This document shows positions 10,506-19,656 of a stretch of 64,000 nt of DNA, one piece after another. This DNA comes from Blastocatellia bacterium (GTDB taxonomy: Bacteria; Acidobacteriota; Blastocatellia; RBC074), in assembly GCA_035275345.1 (NCBI GenBank), contig DATEMY010000298.1:1290-65289 (forward strand), read 5' to 3'. The first letter of the stretch is position 1, and each line of letters opens with the position of its first letter. The position numbers and the translations under genes are program-made. The notes under the pieces are model-generated. The model searched no databases. It was not told where the DNA came from and saw only the letters and a list, made by a program, of their open reading frames with translations.

Positions 10506-12425
10506 CTAAGATTGCGGTTTGAATTCCGCGTCAATCACATCCTCCGGTCCGCCTGACGCGCTTCCCGGCGGGCCTTGGGCGCTGGGACCTTGGGGGCCGC
10601 CAGACGCTCCGCCTGCCGCGGCGCGCGTATAACCGGTCGCCGACAACCCCGAAGCCAGTTGCTGAAGGTCGCTCGACAATTGGCGGAGCCGTGAGATGTC
10701 GGTCGAGTTGTTTTTGACCATCTCCCGGACCTCACTGATCATCGCTTCGGCGCGCGCGCGTTCATTAGTAGGAGCGCGGTCGCCTAGTTCGCCGATCTGA
10801 CGTTCGACTTGATAGGCGATCGAATCAGCTTGATTGCGAGCGTCAACCTCTTCGCGCCGGCGCCGGTCCTCATCGGCGTGACTTTGCGCGTCGGTGACCA
10901 TGCGCTCGACCTCATCTTTGGAGAGTTGGGTCGAGCCGGTGATTGTGATGCGTTGTTCTTTTCCGGTGGCTTTGTCCTGAGCCGACGCTGTCAGGATTCC
11001 GTTGGCGTCTATGTCGAAACTGACCTCGATCTGCGGCAATCCGCGTGGCGCCGGCGCGATGCCTTCGAGCCGGAAATGGCCCAGCGTGCGGTTGTCGCGC
11101 GCCAATTCGCGTTCGCCCTGCAGTACGTGGACATCAACCGCGTTCTGATTGTCTTCGGCAGTCGAAAAGATTTCCGAACGACGCGCGGGGATGGTTGTAT
11201 TACGTTCGATCAGTTTGGTCATTACGCCGCCGAGCGTCTCCACACCGAGTGAAAGCGGCGTGACATCGAGCAGCACGACGTCCTTAACCTCACCCGCCAG
11301 GACGCCCGCCTGAATCGCCGCGCCGATGGCCACAACCTCATCCGGATTGACCGTTTGATTCGGCTCTTTGCCGCCAGTCAACCTGCGAACCAGGGACTGA
11401 ACCGCAGGGGTGCGCGTCGCGCCGCCCACCAGCACAACCTCGTCGATGTCACGGTCGGTCAGCTTGGCGTCCTGAAGCGCCTGTTTGACGGGACCCTCGC
11501 AACGTTCGACCAAATCAGCCGTCAGTTGATCGAACTTCGCGCGTGTCAGCTTCATTTCCAGATGCTTCGGTCCACTCGCGTCCGCCGTGATGAAAGGCAG
11601 GCTGATGGTGGCCTCGGTCACGCTCGACAATTCGATCTTGGCTTTCTCGGCGGCCTCGGTCAGGCGTTGCAACGACTGGCGGTCGGCGCGGAGATCAATC
11701 CCCTGATCCCGTTTAAATTCCTCGGCCAGCCAATCCACGATGCGTTTGTCAAAATCGTCGCCGCCGAGGTGAGTGTCGCCGGCAGTGGATTTGACTTCAA
11801 AGACGCCCTCCCCGACTTCGAGGATCGAGACGTCGAATGTGCCGCCGCCCAGATCGAAGACCATCACCGTTTCATTACCTTTCTTGTCCAGGCCGTAGGC
11901 GAGCGCGGCGGCCGTCGGTTCGTTGATGATCCTGAGCACGTTGAGACCGGCGATCTTGCCGGCGTCTCTGGTGGCCGTGCGCTGCGCGTCGTTGAAGTAT
12001 GCGGGAACGGTAATTACGGCGTCAGTCACCTTTTCGCCGAGATATTTCCCGGCATCGTCGGCCAATTTGCGAATCACCTGCGCCGAAATCTCTTCAGGCG
12101 CATACTGCTTGCCCTGGATTTCAAAGCGCACCGCGTCATTCGGCCCCGCGACTACTTTATACGGAACGTTCTTGATCTCGCTTTGAACCTCGCCGTATCG
12201 ACGCCCGATGAAGCGTTTGGCCGAATAGATTGTATTTTCGGGGTTGAGCACGGCTTGCCGGCGCGCGATTTGCCCGACCAGCCGTTCACCGTTTTTGGTA
12301 TAGGCCACGACGGACGGAGTCAGACGACTGCCCTCAGAGTTGATGACGACAGTCGGTTTGCCGCCTTCCATCACCGCCACCACCGAGTTAGTTGTTCCCA
12401 GGTCGATTCCTACTGCTTTTCCCAT
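10506..12425 (-). CDS. dnaK: molecular chaperone DnaK (Hsp70)
   Basis: 639 aa with Hsp70 signatures [16 protein letters not shown] and [10 protein letters not shown]. Confidence 0.98.
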   Translation of the reverse strand: MGKAVGIDLGTTNSVVAVMEGGKPTVVINSEGSRLTPSVVAYTKNGERLVGQIARRQAVLNPENTIYSAKRFIGRRYGEVQSEIKNVPYKVVAGPNDAVRFEIQGKQYAPEEISAQVIRKLADDAGKYLGEKVTDAVITVPAYFNDAQRTATRDAGKIAGLNVLRIINEPTAAALAYGLDKKGNETVMVFDLGGGTFDVSILEVGEGVFEVKSTAGDTHLGGDDFDKRIVDWLAEEFKRDQGIDLRADRQSLQRLTEAAEKAKIELSSVTEATISLPFITADASGPKHLEMKLTRAKFDQLTADLVERCEGPVKQALQDAKLTDRDIDEVVLVGGATRTPAVQSLVRRLTGGKEPNQTVNPDEVVAIGAAIQAGVLAGEVKDVVLLDVTPLSLGVETLGGVMTKLIERNTTIPARRSEIFSTAEDNQNAVDVHVLQGERELARDNRTLGHFRLEGIAPAPRGLPQIEVSFDIDANGILTASAQDKATGKEQRITITGSTQLSKDEVERMVTDAQSHADEDRRRREEVDARNQADSIAYQVERQIGELGDRAPTNERARAEAMISEVREMVKNNSTDISRLRQLSSDLQQLASGLSATGYTRAAAGGASGGPQGPSAQGPPGSASGGPEDVIDAEFKPQS

Positions 12426-12538
12426 AATCTACCTTTACCGACAAGCCCAGGCTTGCGGTTACCTGATCAGAATGCTTTTTCACTTTCAGCGTCCCGCTAG
12501 CTAAAGACGCGGCGATCGGACGGTTTGCCGGACGTCAT

Positions 12539-13123
12539 TCAATGACTCGGCGCCATTCGAGGCTCTTGTGGCGCCCGTCCACCTGTGTCGCGCAATGAGC
12601 GCATTTTGAACCCAAGCATAATCATCAAAATGCCCAGGGCGAATGCAAAAGTCCCGATCATCCATAGAACTGAAAGCGCGCCCACCCCAGGGAAGATCAC
12701 CAGGAATATGCCGAACATGATCAAAAGAACTCCGGCCAACGCGTCCAGCCATTCGCCTGGGACTATGCGCCGCAACCTGATGGCGGTGATGAGTTCGAAG
12801 AACCCGACCATGATCGCCCAGAACGCGATCATAAAGAGCAGTCCCATTGCGGTCAGCCCGGGCCAGAAAAATGTCAGAATTCCGATGCCGATGCCTAATA
12901 TGCCGCCGACCAAGTACGCCCACCATGGTTGCTGCCGATCCTCGTCATGCCTGAACGCGGCGAATACCGAGAAGATGCCGTCCACCAGCGCATACGCGCC
13001 GAATAGCGCCACCAGCGCGGCTAACGTGATTCCAGGCCAGGCGAATGTGGCGATTCCGAACAGCAAAGCGACTACCCCGCGCAACGCCAGCGCCCACCAG
13101 TTTTGGGTCATCAAATTGAACAT
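12539..13123 (-). CDS. HdeD/DUF308-family membrane protein
   Basis: Has the repeated TM pattern WWALALRGVVALLFGIATFAWPG. I chose the ATG at 13123 (MFNLMTQNWW) because it is preceded by GGAG. The ORF extends to 13213. Confidence 0.8.
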   Translation of the reverse strand: MFNLMTQNWWALALRGVVALLFGIATFAWPGITLAALVALFGAYALVDGIFSVFAAFRHDEDRQQPWWAYLVGGILGIGIGILTFFWPGLTAMGLLFMIAFWAIMVGFFELITAIRLRRIVPGEWLDALAGVLLIMFGIFLVIFPGVGALSVLWMIGTFAFALGILMIMLGFKMRSLRDTGGRAPQEPRMAPSH

Positions 13124-13380
13124 AGCGATCTCCTTCCAATAATTTAAAACTGAGACTGAACAGCTTGTTTCAGGCGCTTGCTCATTTTGAATGAACAAAT
13201 TCTCCTGAGACATATTCAGCCGTGTCTCGAATGCGCTGTCGTTATTCGGGCAATTGATATGCCGGGTCGGCGTCGCGGAGGAAAGACCGTACGCTATATT
13301 TCATTGATGAGTGAGCTTTACCTCGTCCAGCTTTTCGGAGTCGCTCCACCCTTAACCATGGCGCCCAACTGATGAGGGAA

Positions 13381-13479
13381 AAGAGAGATTACGGAACAAA
13401 CGGAAATAACGGAACAGACTGAAAAAACCGAAAATCTTCAGTCTGTTCCGTTATTTCCGTTTGTTCCGTAATCTCTCTT
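13381..13479. repeat. perfect 43-bp-stem hairpin with periodic arms (ACGGAACA/ACGGAAAT units)
   Basis: Segment 13381-13423 (aagagagattacggaacaaacggaaataacggaacagactgaa) is the exact reverse complement of 13437-13479. The loop is 13 nt. Confidence 0.95.
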
Positions 13480-13542
13480 CGACCTGGTCTGAATCAGCGT
13501 CGATGCTTCATGCCAAACAGCAAATGGCAAATGGCAAGATAA

Positions 13543-14772
13543 TTATCTTATGACCCATTCCTGTTTAAACTTCCTGGTCTCGCCGCCGGGCAGGCTGACG
13601 ACGATCTTGTCCCCCTCGACGGCCTTGACCTTGACCTCTCCGTATGCGGGCAATTTGACCACGTCGCCCGGCCTGATGCGCGACTCCGCCTGCTGATGGT
13701 AAGCGAAGAGCAGGTCAATGAAATCGGGTTTGGCCAGGCCTTCGGAGGCGCGCGACCGCTCGGCCGCCGGCCGGGAGCAATTGTCGCAATGGCCGCACTC
13801 CTTCAAAACCGTCCGTCCCTCTCGCGGGGCGACTTCGGCGCCAACATAATCGAGCATCAGCTTCCACCGGCATTCGGGGCTTTGGGCGTAAAGGGTCATA
13901 CGTTCGAGTCTTTGACGGTCGCTCGCGCCTTTGCTCGTATATTCGCTCGCCAGGCGTATCATTTCTCGCTCGCTGAGGTCCCGCTTCAACAGCGTGAAAC
14001 GCGCGCCTCGGCGCTCTTTTATAAATCCCATGTTTTTGAGCAGCGAAAGGATCGCGCGCACTTTGATCCTGGCCACCTCGCCCGCGCTGGTTTGGATTTG
14101 TTCAAGCGGCGCGGACGCGAGATCGGCTCCGAGCAGTTTCAGCGTTTCGTAGACCGCGATTACTTCTTCCGGCTTCGGAGCCCTTCCGCTCATACAGAAT
14201 AACTGTGTGCGCCGGTCGGCGATCTGGAAGAGCAGCGTGCAGCGGGCCGGACAGCCGTCGCGTCCCGCGTGTCCGGTTTCACGATAATACGCTTCAATCG
14301 AGATCGGCAGGTCGAAATGAATCACGAACCTGATGTCGGGCTTGTCAATCTCCATGTGCTCTGGCGAGGCCAAAGCGTCAGAGGCCATCTCGGAGGCGCC
14401 GGTTGCGACTATCGCCTTCAGGTTGCCAGCCATGAACCGATCACGGTTCCGGCGCCGTTCAGTTGCGCTCAATTGCCCATGGTATGGCGCGACATCGAAT
14501 CCGACGCTGCTGAGGTAATCAACGCTGGCTTTGACATCTCGGACTGTCGTGGCGTAGATGACTCCTCTCCCCTCGTTTTCTCTCAGCAACCTGACCAGCG
14601 ATAGTTGCTTCTCGCCCTCGTTGCTGACACGTTCCACTTCATAGTTCAGATTCGGGCGGTAGACGCCAGGTTTGACGCTGGGATGGCCCTTTTCGAAAGT
14701 ATCATTCGTAGTTCCATTTGAATCAGAAATACTATTGATCATAACCACATTCCTTAGCACATTCCTTATCAA
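13543..14772 (-). CDS. RecQ-family helicase fragment lacking ATPase lobe 1 (possible gene remnant)
   Basis: 409 aa starting at the RecQ 'RPNLxYxV' block. Has helicase-C motifs (YHGQLSATERR, HAGRDG) and the Zn motif CGHCDNC. No Walker A or DEAH is present. An insert disrupts 'ATxAFGMGIDKPD'. Confidence 0.65.
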   Translation of the reverse strand: MIRNVLRNVVMINSISDSNGTTNDTFEKGHPSVKPGVYRPNLNYEVERVSNEGEKQLSLVRLLRENEGRGVIYATTVRDVKASVDYLSSVGFDVAPYHGQLSATERRRNRDRFMAGNLKAIVATGASEMASDALASPEHMEIDKPDIRFVIHFDLPISIEAYYRETGHAGRDGCPARCTLLFQIADRRTQLFCMSGRAPKPEEVIAVYETLKLLGADLASAPLEQIQTSAGEVARIKVRAILSLLKNMGFIKERRGARFTLLKRDLSEREMIRLASEYTSKGASDRQRLERMTLYAQSPECRWKLMLDYVGAEVAPREGRTVLKECGHCDNCSRPAAERSRASEGLAKPDFIDLLFAYHQQAESRIRPGDVVKLPAYGEVKVKAVEGDKIVVSLPGGETRKFKQEWVIR

Positions 14773-15105
14773 TTACTTTTGTTCTTTCTTTGTACACAAC
14801 TGTAGCTCTTCGGGTCATCCTGACCAGACAATAGGACGCGCGGGCGGGGGCATTCGGTCTCCAGCAAACGGAATGCAGAAGCGCGTTGATCTTCAAGATT
14901 TACTTTTACGCGGCCATCCGCCACAACGTTTGTTGCCTGAAGCTACGCGGCGTGACCGCCGCGCTTTGACTGCGAATCGATGCGATGCGGAATGAGAATT
15001 GATTGCGGGATAATGGCGCGTGCGCTTCAGACAGGGCGGCAGGCGCGGGCCTACGCTGGTTCTGTCTGTGCGATTGCGGATTATTATTTCAATGGGGTGC
15101 AAACG

Positions 15106-15390
15106 ATGAGAGAGAAGAAGAAACAGGACAATTCAACGGACGAAACGCTGGAAACCCGAGCGTCCTCATCAGCTATCAGAGAGAGACGAGTTTCCGCCGG
15201 GGAACCGGACGACGAGCAGAACCTCTTGAGCGAGCTGATCGCGCGGCGGGCTTATGAAATTTACGAGGAACGTGGCCGGAGCGACGGCGAAGACATGAAT
15301 GACTGGCTCAGAGCCGAAGCCGAGATAAAGTCCGCATTTACGGCGAAAGAGCCGAGGCCCATGGCGTCACGCGTCAGGGCGCGACAGTAA
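15106..15390 (+). CDS. DUF2934-like small protein
   Basis: The segment LIARRAYEIYEERGRSDGEDMNDWLRAEAEI matches the DUF2934 pattern as I recall it. The start is uncertain; the ORF opens at 14980. Confidence 0.55.
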   Translation: MREKKKQDNSTDETLETRASSSAIRERRVSAGEPDDEQNLLSELIARRAYEIYEERGRSDGEDMNDWLRAEAEIKSAFTAKEPRPMASRVRARQ

Positions 15391-15460
15391 CGCCAGCTCA
15401 GGTCTCAAACCGAAGCCGGTCTCAGTAGATCAGGAACAGGAGCTTCATTTTCCAGATCGG

Positions 15461-15518
15461 ATTTGTCATTTGTCATTGCCTGAGCCAATCTTTCAATGAC
15501 AAATGACGAATGACGAAT
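15461..15518. repeat. hairpin with 7-nt periodic arms (TTGTCAT / ATGACAA)
   Basis: atttgtcatttgtcattg (15461-15478) faces caatgacaaatgacgaatgacgaat (15494-15518). The right arm overlaps the first possible treZ start. Confidence 0.8.
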
Positions 15519-15523
15519 ATCAA

Positions 15524-17488
15524 ATGAATATTCACATCGGAGCTGGGGTATTGCCCCAGGGAGGAACATATTTTCGCGTTTGGGCGCCGCGCCGCCGTAC
15601 GGTCGAGGTGGTGATCGAGGGCGTGGCCGAGAAGGATCGGAATGGCCGAACATCCCTGGAATTGACGCCGGAAGGCGCAGGCTATTTCTCCGGTCTGATC
15701 CAAGAGGTCGGCGCCGGAGATCTCTACCGCTATCGTCTGGACGGGGAAGACCGGCTTTACGCCGACCCGGCTTCGCGCTATCAGCCCGAAGGCCCGCACG
15801 GCCCGTCACAGATCGTTAATCCAGCCCGATTCGAATGGACTGATCACGACTGGCGAGGAGTGGAGTTGCGCGGCCAGGTGATTTACGAAATGCACATCGG
15901 TACGTTTACGCGCGAAGGCGTGTGGTCGGCGGCCATGCAGGAACTCAACGAACTTGCCCGCCTGGGGATAAGCTTGATCGAAGTTATGCCGATAGCCGAT
16001 TTTCCCGGAAGGTTCGGCTGGGGTTATGACGGCGTGAATCTTTTTGCGCCGTCGCGGCTCTACGGCTCGACTGATGACTTCAGGCGCTTCGTTGATCGCG
16101 CTCACGCGATTGGAATCGGCGTGATTCTCGATGTCGTTTACAACCATCTGGGGCCGGATGGGAATTACCTGAGGGAGTTCGCCGAGGATTACTTCACCGA
16201 CCGTTACGTGACCGATTGGGGCGCCGCGATTAATTTCGATGGGGCGAACGCCGGGCCCGTGCGCGAATATTTCATCGCCAACGCCGGGTATTGGATTGAT
16301 GAGTTTCATCTCGACGGATTGCGGCTTGACGCGACACAGAACATCTACGATTCGTCGGACGATCATATCCTGGCGGCCATTAGCCGCCGTGTTCGTGACG
16401 CCGCGCGTGGACGCGCGACTATTCTCATCGCCGAGAACGAGCCGCAGGAGACGATCCTTGTCCGGGCGCCTGAGGAAGGCGGTTATGGGATTGACGCGCT
16501 CTGGAACGACGATTTCCATCACAGCGCGATGGTGGCGATGACCGGACGCAATGAAGCCTACTACACCGATTATCTGGGTAAGCCGCAGGAATTCGTCTCG
16601 GCCATCAAATACGGCTACCTTTTTCAAGGCCAGTGGTACAAGTGGCAGAAGAAACCGCGGGGGACCCCAGGTCTGAAGATTCAACCACCGGCCTTCGTTA
16701 CCTTCATTCAGAACCACGACCAGGTCGCGAATTCGGGGCGTGGCGAGCGATGTCATCAATTGACCAGCCCCGGGCGATATTGCGCAATGACCGCCCTGAC
16801 GCTGCTCGGGCCCGGCACGCCGATGCTCTTTCAGGGGCAGGAATTCGCCGCGGACAGCCCGTTTTTCTACTTCGCCGATCACAATCAGGAGCTGGCGGAT
16901 CTGGTCCGCAAAGGCCGCTCAGCGTTCCTCTCGCAATTCCGCAACCTCGCGACGCCCGGAATTCAGGCCGTTCTGGTCAACCCCGGCGACCTCCAGACGT
17001 TCGAACGATCGAAACTCGATCTGTCCGAGCGCGAAACTCATTCGGCGATCTACGAAATGCATCGCGATCTGTTAAGGCTGCGGCGCGAAGACCCGACCTT
17101 CGCCGCACAGCGCATGGGAGCGGTTGACGGAGCCGTTCTCGGCGATGAAGCCTTCGTCTTGCGGTTCTTCGGCGAAGACGATGACGACCGTTTGCTGCTG
17201 GTCAATCTCGGCGTAGACCTGCGCCTCGACATCGCGCCGGAACCGTTGCTTGCGCCGCCTGAAGGGACGGAGTGGCGCATATTGTGGTCGAGCGAAGACC
17301 CGCGGTACGGCGGACTGGGCATCGCGCCGCTCGATACCGAAGAGAGCTGGCATTTGCCCGGCCACGCGGCGTTGGCGCTCGGTCCAGCGCCGAAACCGGA
17401 AGAGAAGATTCTGGCGGCCCAGCGCCGAAAAGAAGCTGAATGGAGAGGAGACATTCATCTCACAGTGGACGACGCTAAGAAACAATGA
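15524..17488 (+). CDS. treZ: malto-oligosyltrehalose trehalohydrolase (GH13)
   Basis: GH13 blocks VILDVVYNHLG, GLRLDA, IAENE and FIQNHD are present, with an N-terminal E-set domain (YFRVWAP). The start is ATG 15524 or 15503. Confidence 0.88.
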   Translation: MNIHIGAGVLPQGGTYFRVWAPRRRTVEVVIEGVAEKDRNGRTSLELTPEGAGYFSGLIQEVGAGDLYRYRLDGEDRLYADPASRYQPEGPHGPSQIVNPARFEWTDHDWRGVELRGQVIYEMHIGTFTREGVWSAAMQELNELARLGISLIEVMPIADFPGRFGWGYDGVNLFAPSRLYGSTDDFRRFVDRAHAIGIGVILDVVYNHLGPDGNYLREFAEDYFTDRYVTDWGAAINFDGANAGPVREYFIANAGYWIDEFHLDGLRLDATQNIYDSSDDHILAAISRRVRDAARGRATILIAENEPQETILVRAPEEGGYGIDALWNDDFHHSAMVAMTGRNEAYYTDYLGKPQEFVSAIKYGYLFQGQWYKWQKKPRGTPGLKIQPPAFVTFIQNHDQVANSGRGERCHQLTSPGRYCAMTALTLLGPGTPMLFQGQEFAADSPFFYFADHNQELADLVRKGRSAFLSQFRNLATPGIQAVLVNPGDLQTFERSKLDLSERETHSAIYEMHRDLLRLRREDPTFAAQRMGAVDGAVLGDEAFVLRFFGEDDDDRLLLVNLGVDLRLDIAPEPLLAPPEGTEWRILWSSEDPRYGGLGIAPLDTEESWHLPGHAALALGPAPKPEEKILAAQRRKEAEWRGDIHLTVDDAKKQ

Positions 17489-17495
17489 AAATCGC

Positions 17496-17576
17496 CCCAG
17501 GGAGGGTCGATGAGACTAATGGAACTTGTGAGACTAATGGACATAAGTCCCATTAGTCCCATCGACCCTCCCTGGG
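17496..17576. repeat. hairpin, TATGGGACT-family variant (GAGACTAATGG units)
   Basis: cccagggagggtcgatgagactaatgg... faces ...ccattagtcccatcgaccctccctggg. It lies between the treZ stop (17488) and the GDE start (17603). Confidence 0.85.
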
Positions 17577-17602
17577 ATTTTCGCAGTAGAGGGAAGGAAC
17601 TA

Positions 17603-19642
17603 ATGAACACGCCTATCCGACGCATCGAGTGGCCCGGAAAGCAGGAGACCGAAGGATTTCTCAGGAAAGAATGGCTGGTCACGAACGGTCTAGGCGGTTA
17701 CGCGTCAGGCACGGTCTCCGGCGTCGTGACAAGGCGCTTTCACGGGTTGCTCATCGCGGCGCTGCCCGCTCCCCTCGGACGCACGATGATGCTCAATCAT
17801 TTGGTCGAGCGGTTGCGCCTGCCCGACGGTTCGGTTGTTCAGCTTTGCGCAGAGGAGCACAGGCCCGACGAGGTGGAGATGTACTGCGCCGATATTCTGG
17901 CTGAATTCCGGCTGGAAATGGGACTGCCGGTCTGGCGGTTTGAATTTGGGGACGTGGCGATCGAAAAGCGTCTGCTGATGCCTCACCTCCAGAACACGGT
18001 TTACATCAGTTACCGATTGGTTTCCGGGAGCGGGCCGGCGCGGGTTGAATTACGCCCGGCGATCCATTTCCGCCCGCACGAAGGGCGGGTCAGTGATCCG
18101 CCGGGCGAGCCTTACACGCTAATGATCGTAGAGGACCGCTACGAGATTATCGGCGCCCCCGATCATCCGCGGTTGCGGATGCGATTGCTCGGCGAAGACG
18201 CTTCATTGACTCTCGACCGCGGCATCATCAAAGACCACTTCTATCGCGTGGAGGAGCGGCGGGGTTACGACTCGCAGGGCGTGTTGTGGAGTCCTGGCTT
18301 CTTCAACGTCACCGTCAAGCCTGATCAGGACGCCACGCTGATCGCTTCGACCGAATCGTGGGCGACGATTTTCGCGCTCTCGCCGGGCGAATCGTTGCCC
18401 GCCGAGACCGAGCGCCGCGAGCGGTTGCTTTCGACGGCGGCGGCTTCGGCGCAGACCGGCTTCGGCGCCGAAATGACTCTGGCCTCGGATCAGTTCATCA
18501 TCATTCCCGCGGGACGCGTCGAGGAGGCTGCGCGGGCGCGCGCCGCCGGCGACGAGGTACGCACCGTGATCGCCGGTTATCCCTGGTTCACCGACTGGGG
18601 CCGCGACACCATGATCAGCCTCGAAGGATTGACGCTCGCCACGGGGCGTTTCAACGAGGCCAGATGGATTCTCCGGACCTTCGCTCATTACGTCCGCGAA
18701 GGATTGATCCCCAATATGTTCCCGGAAGGCGAAAGGGAAGGGCTCTATCATACGGCCGATGCGACTCTATGGTTCTTTCATGCGCTCGATCGTTACCTCC
18801 ATGCGACCAGCGACCGCGAGACTCTGCGGCTGATTCTGGGCGTCTTGCGCGAGATCGTAAGGCGTCACATTCAGGGCACGAGATTCGGCATCGGCGTTGA
18901 TCCGCGCGACGGCCTGTTGCGTCAGGGCGCGCCTGGTTACCAGCTGACCTGGATGGACGCCAAGGTCGGCGATTGGGTGGTCACGCCACGCCGCGGCAAA
19001 GCCGTCGAGATCAACTCTCTCTGGTACAACGCGCTCCGGCTGCTCGCTGAATGGGTGAGTGAAGAAAGCGGTTCAAACGAAGCTGAGGCGGAATCGCTCG
19101 TCGAGCGGGCCGAAAAATTTCGCCAATCGTTCAATCGGCGGTTCTGGTACGCGGAGGGCGGCTATCTCTACGACGTGGTTGACGGTGAAAATGGAGACGA
19201 CCCTGCATGCCGTCCCAACCAATTGCTCTCCTTCTCGCTCAAATATCCGGTCCTGGACGAAATAAGATGGAAACCCGTGCTCGATGTGGTCACCGACCGG
19301 CTCTTAACCCCGGTCGGTCTGCGCTCGCTCGCGCCGGGGTCTCCCGACTACAAGCCGACCTACGACGGCGACCTGCGCTCCCGCGACGCGGCTTATCACC
19401 AGGGGACGGTCTGGGCCTGGCTGATCGGACCTTTCATCGACGCTTGGCTCAAAGTCTATCCGGGACAGTACCGGGACGCGGGACGATTCCTCGATGGATT
19501 CGAATCACACCTGAGCGAAGCATGCGTCGGTTCGATCAGCGAGATTTTCGACGCCGAAGGGCAATACGCGCCGCGCGGCTGCATCGCTCAGGCGTGGAGC
19601 GTCGCGGAAGTCCTGCGGTGCTACGTGAAAACGGCGCATTAG
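17603..19642 (+). CDS. glycogen debranching enzyme family protein (amylo-alpha-1,6-glucosidase type)
   Basis: Motifs EWLVTNGLGGYASGTVSGVVTRRFHGLL, GYPWFTDWGRDTMISLEGL and AYHQGTVWAWLIGPF are present. I moved the start to ATG 17603, which follows GGGAAGGA. The upstream ORF codons are hairpin repeat. Confidence 0.85.
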   Translation: MNTPIRRIEWPGKQETEGFLRKEWLVTNGLGGYASGTVSGVVTRRFHGLLIAALPAPLGRTMMLNHLVERLRLPDGSVVQLCAEEHRPDEVEMYCADILAEFRLEMGLPVWRFEFGDVAIEKRLLMPHLQNTVYISYRLVSGSGPARVELRPAIHFRPHEGRVSDPPGEPYTLMIVEDRYEIIGAPDHPRLRMRLLGEDASLTLDRGIIKDHFYRVEERRGYDSQGVLWSPGFFNVTVKPDQDATLIASTESWATIFALSPGESLPAETERRERLLSTAAASAQTGFGAEMTLASDQFIIIPAGRVEEAARARAAGDEVRTVIAGYPWFTDWGRDTMISLEGLTLATGRFNEARWILRTFAHYVREGLIPNMFPEGEREGLYHTADATLWFFHALDRYLHATSDRETLRLILGVLREIVRRHIQGTRFGIGVDPRDGLLRQGAPGYQLTWMDAKVGDWVVTPRRGKAVEINSLWYNALRLLAEWVSEESGSNEAEAESLVERAEKFRQSFNRRFWYAEGGYLYDVVDGENGDDPACRPNQLLSFSLKYPVLDEIRWKPVLDVVTDRLLTPVGLRSLAPGSPDYKPTYDGDLRSRDAAYHQGTVWAWLIGPFIDAWLKVYPGQYRDAGRFLDGFESHLSEACVGSISEIFDAEGQYAPRGCIAQAWSVAEVLRCYVKTAH

Positions 19643-19656
19643 ATTGGATTTCAGAA

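Noticed and set aside
12426-12538. CIRCE or HAIR heat-shock operators upstream of dnaK, and in the 10199-10505 dnaK-grpE gap.
   Set aside because: I found no match to TTAGCACTC-N9-GAGTGCTAA or CTTGAGT-N7-ACTCAAG by eye. Only a loose aggacattgtgaat/attcaagtcct similarity exists, at about 10238-10283.
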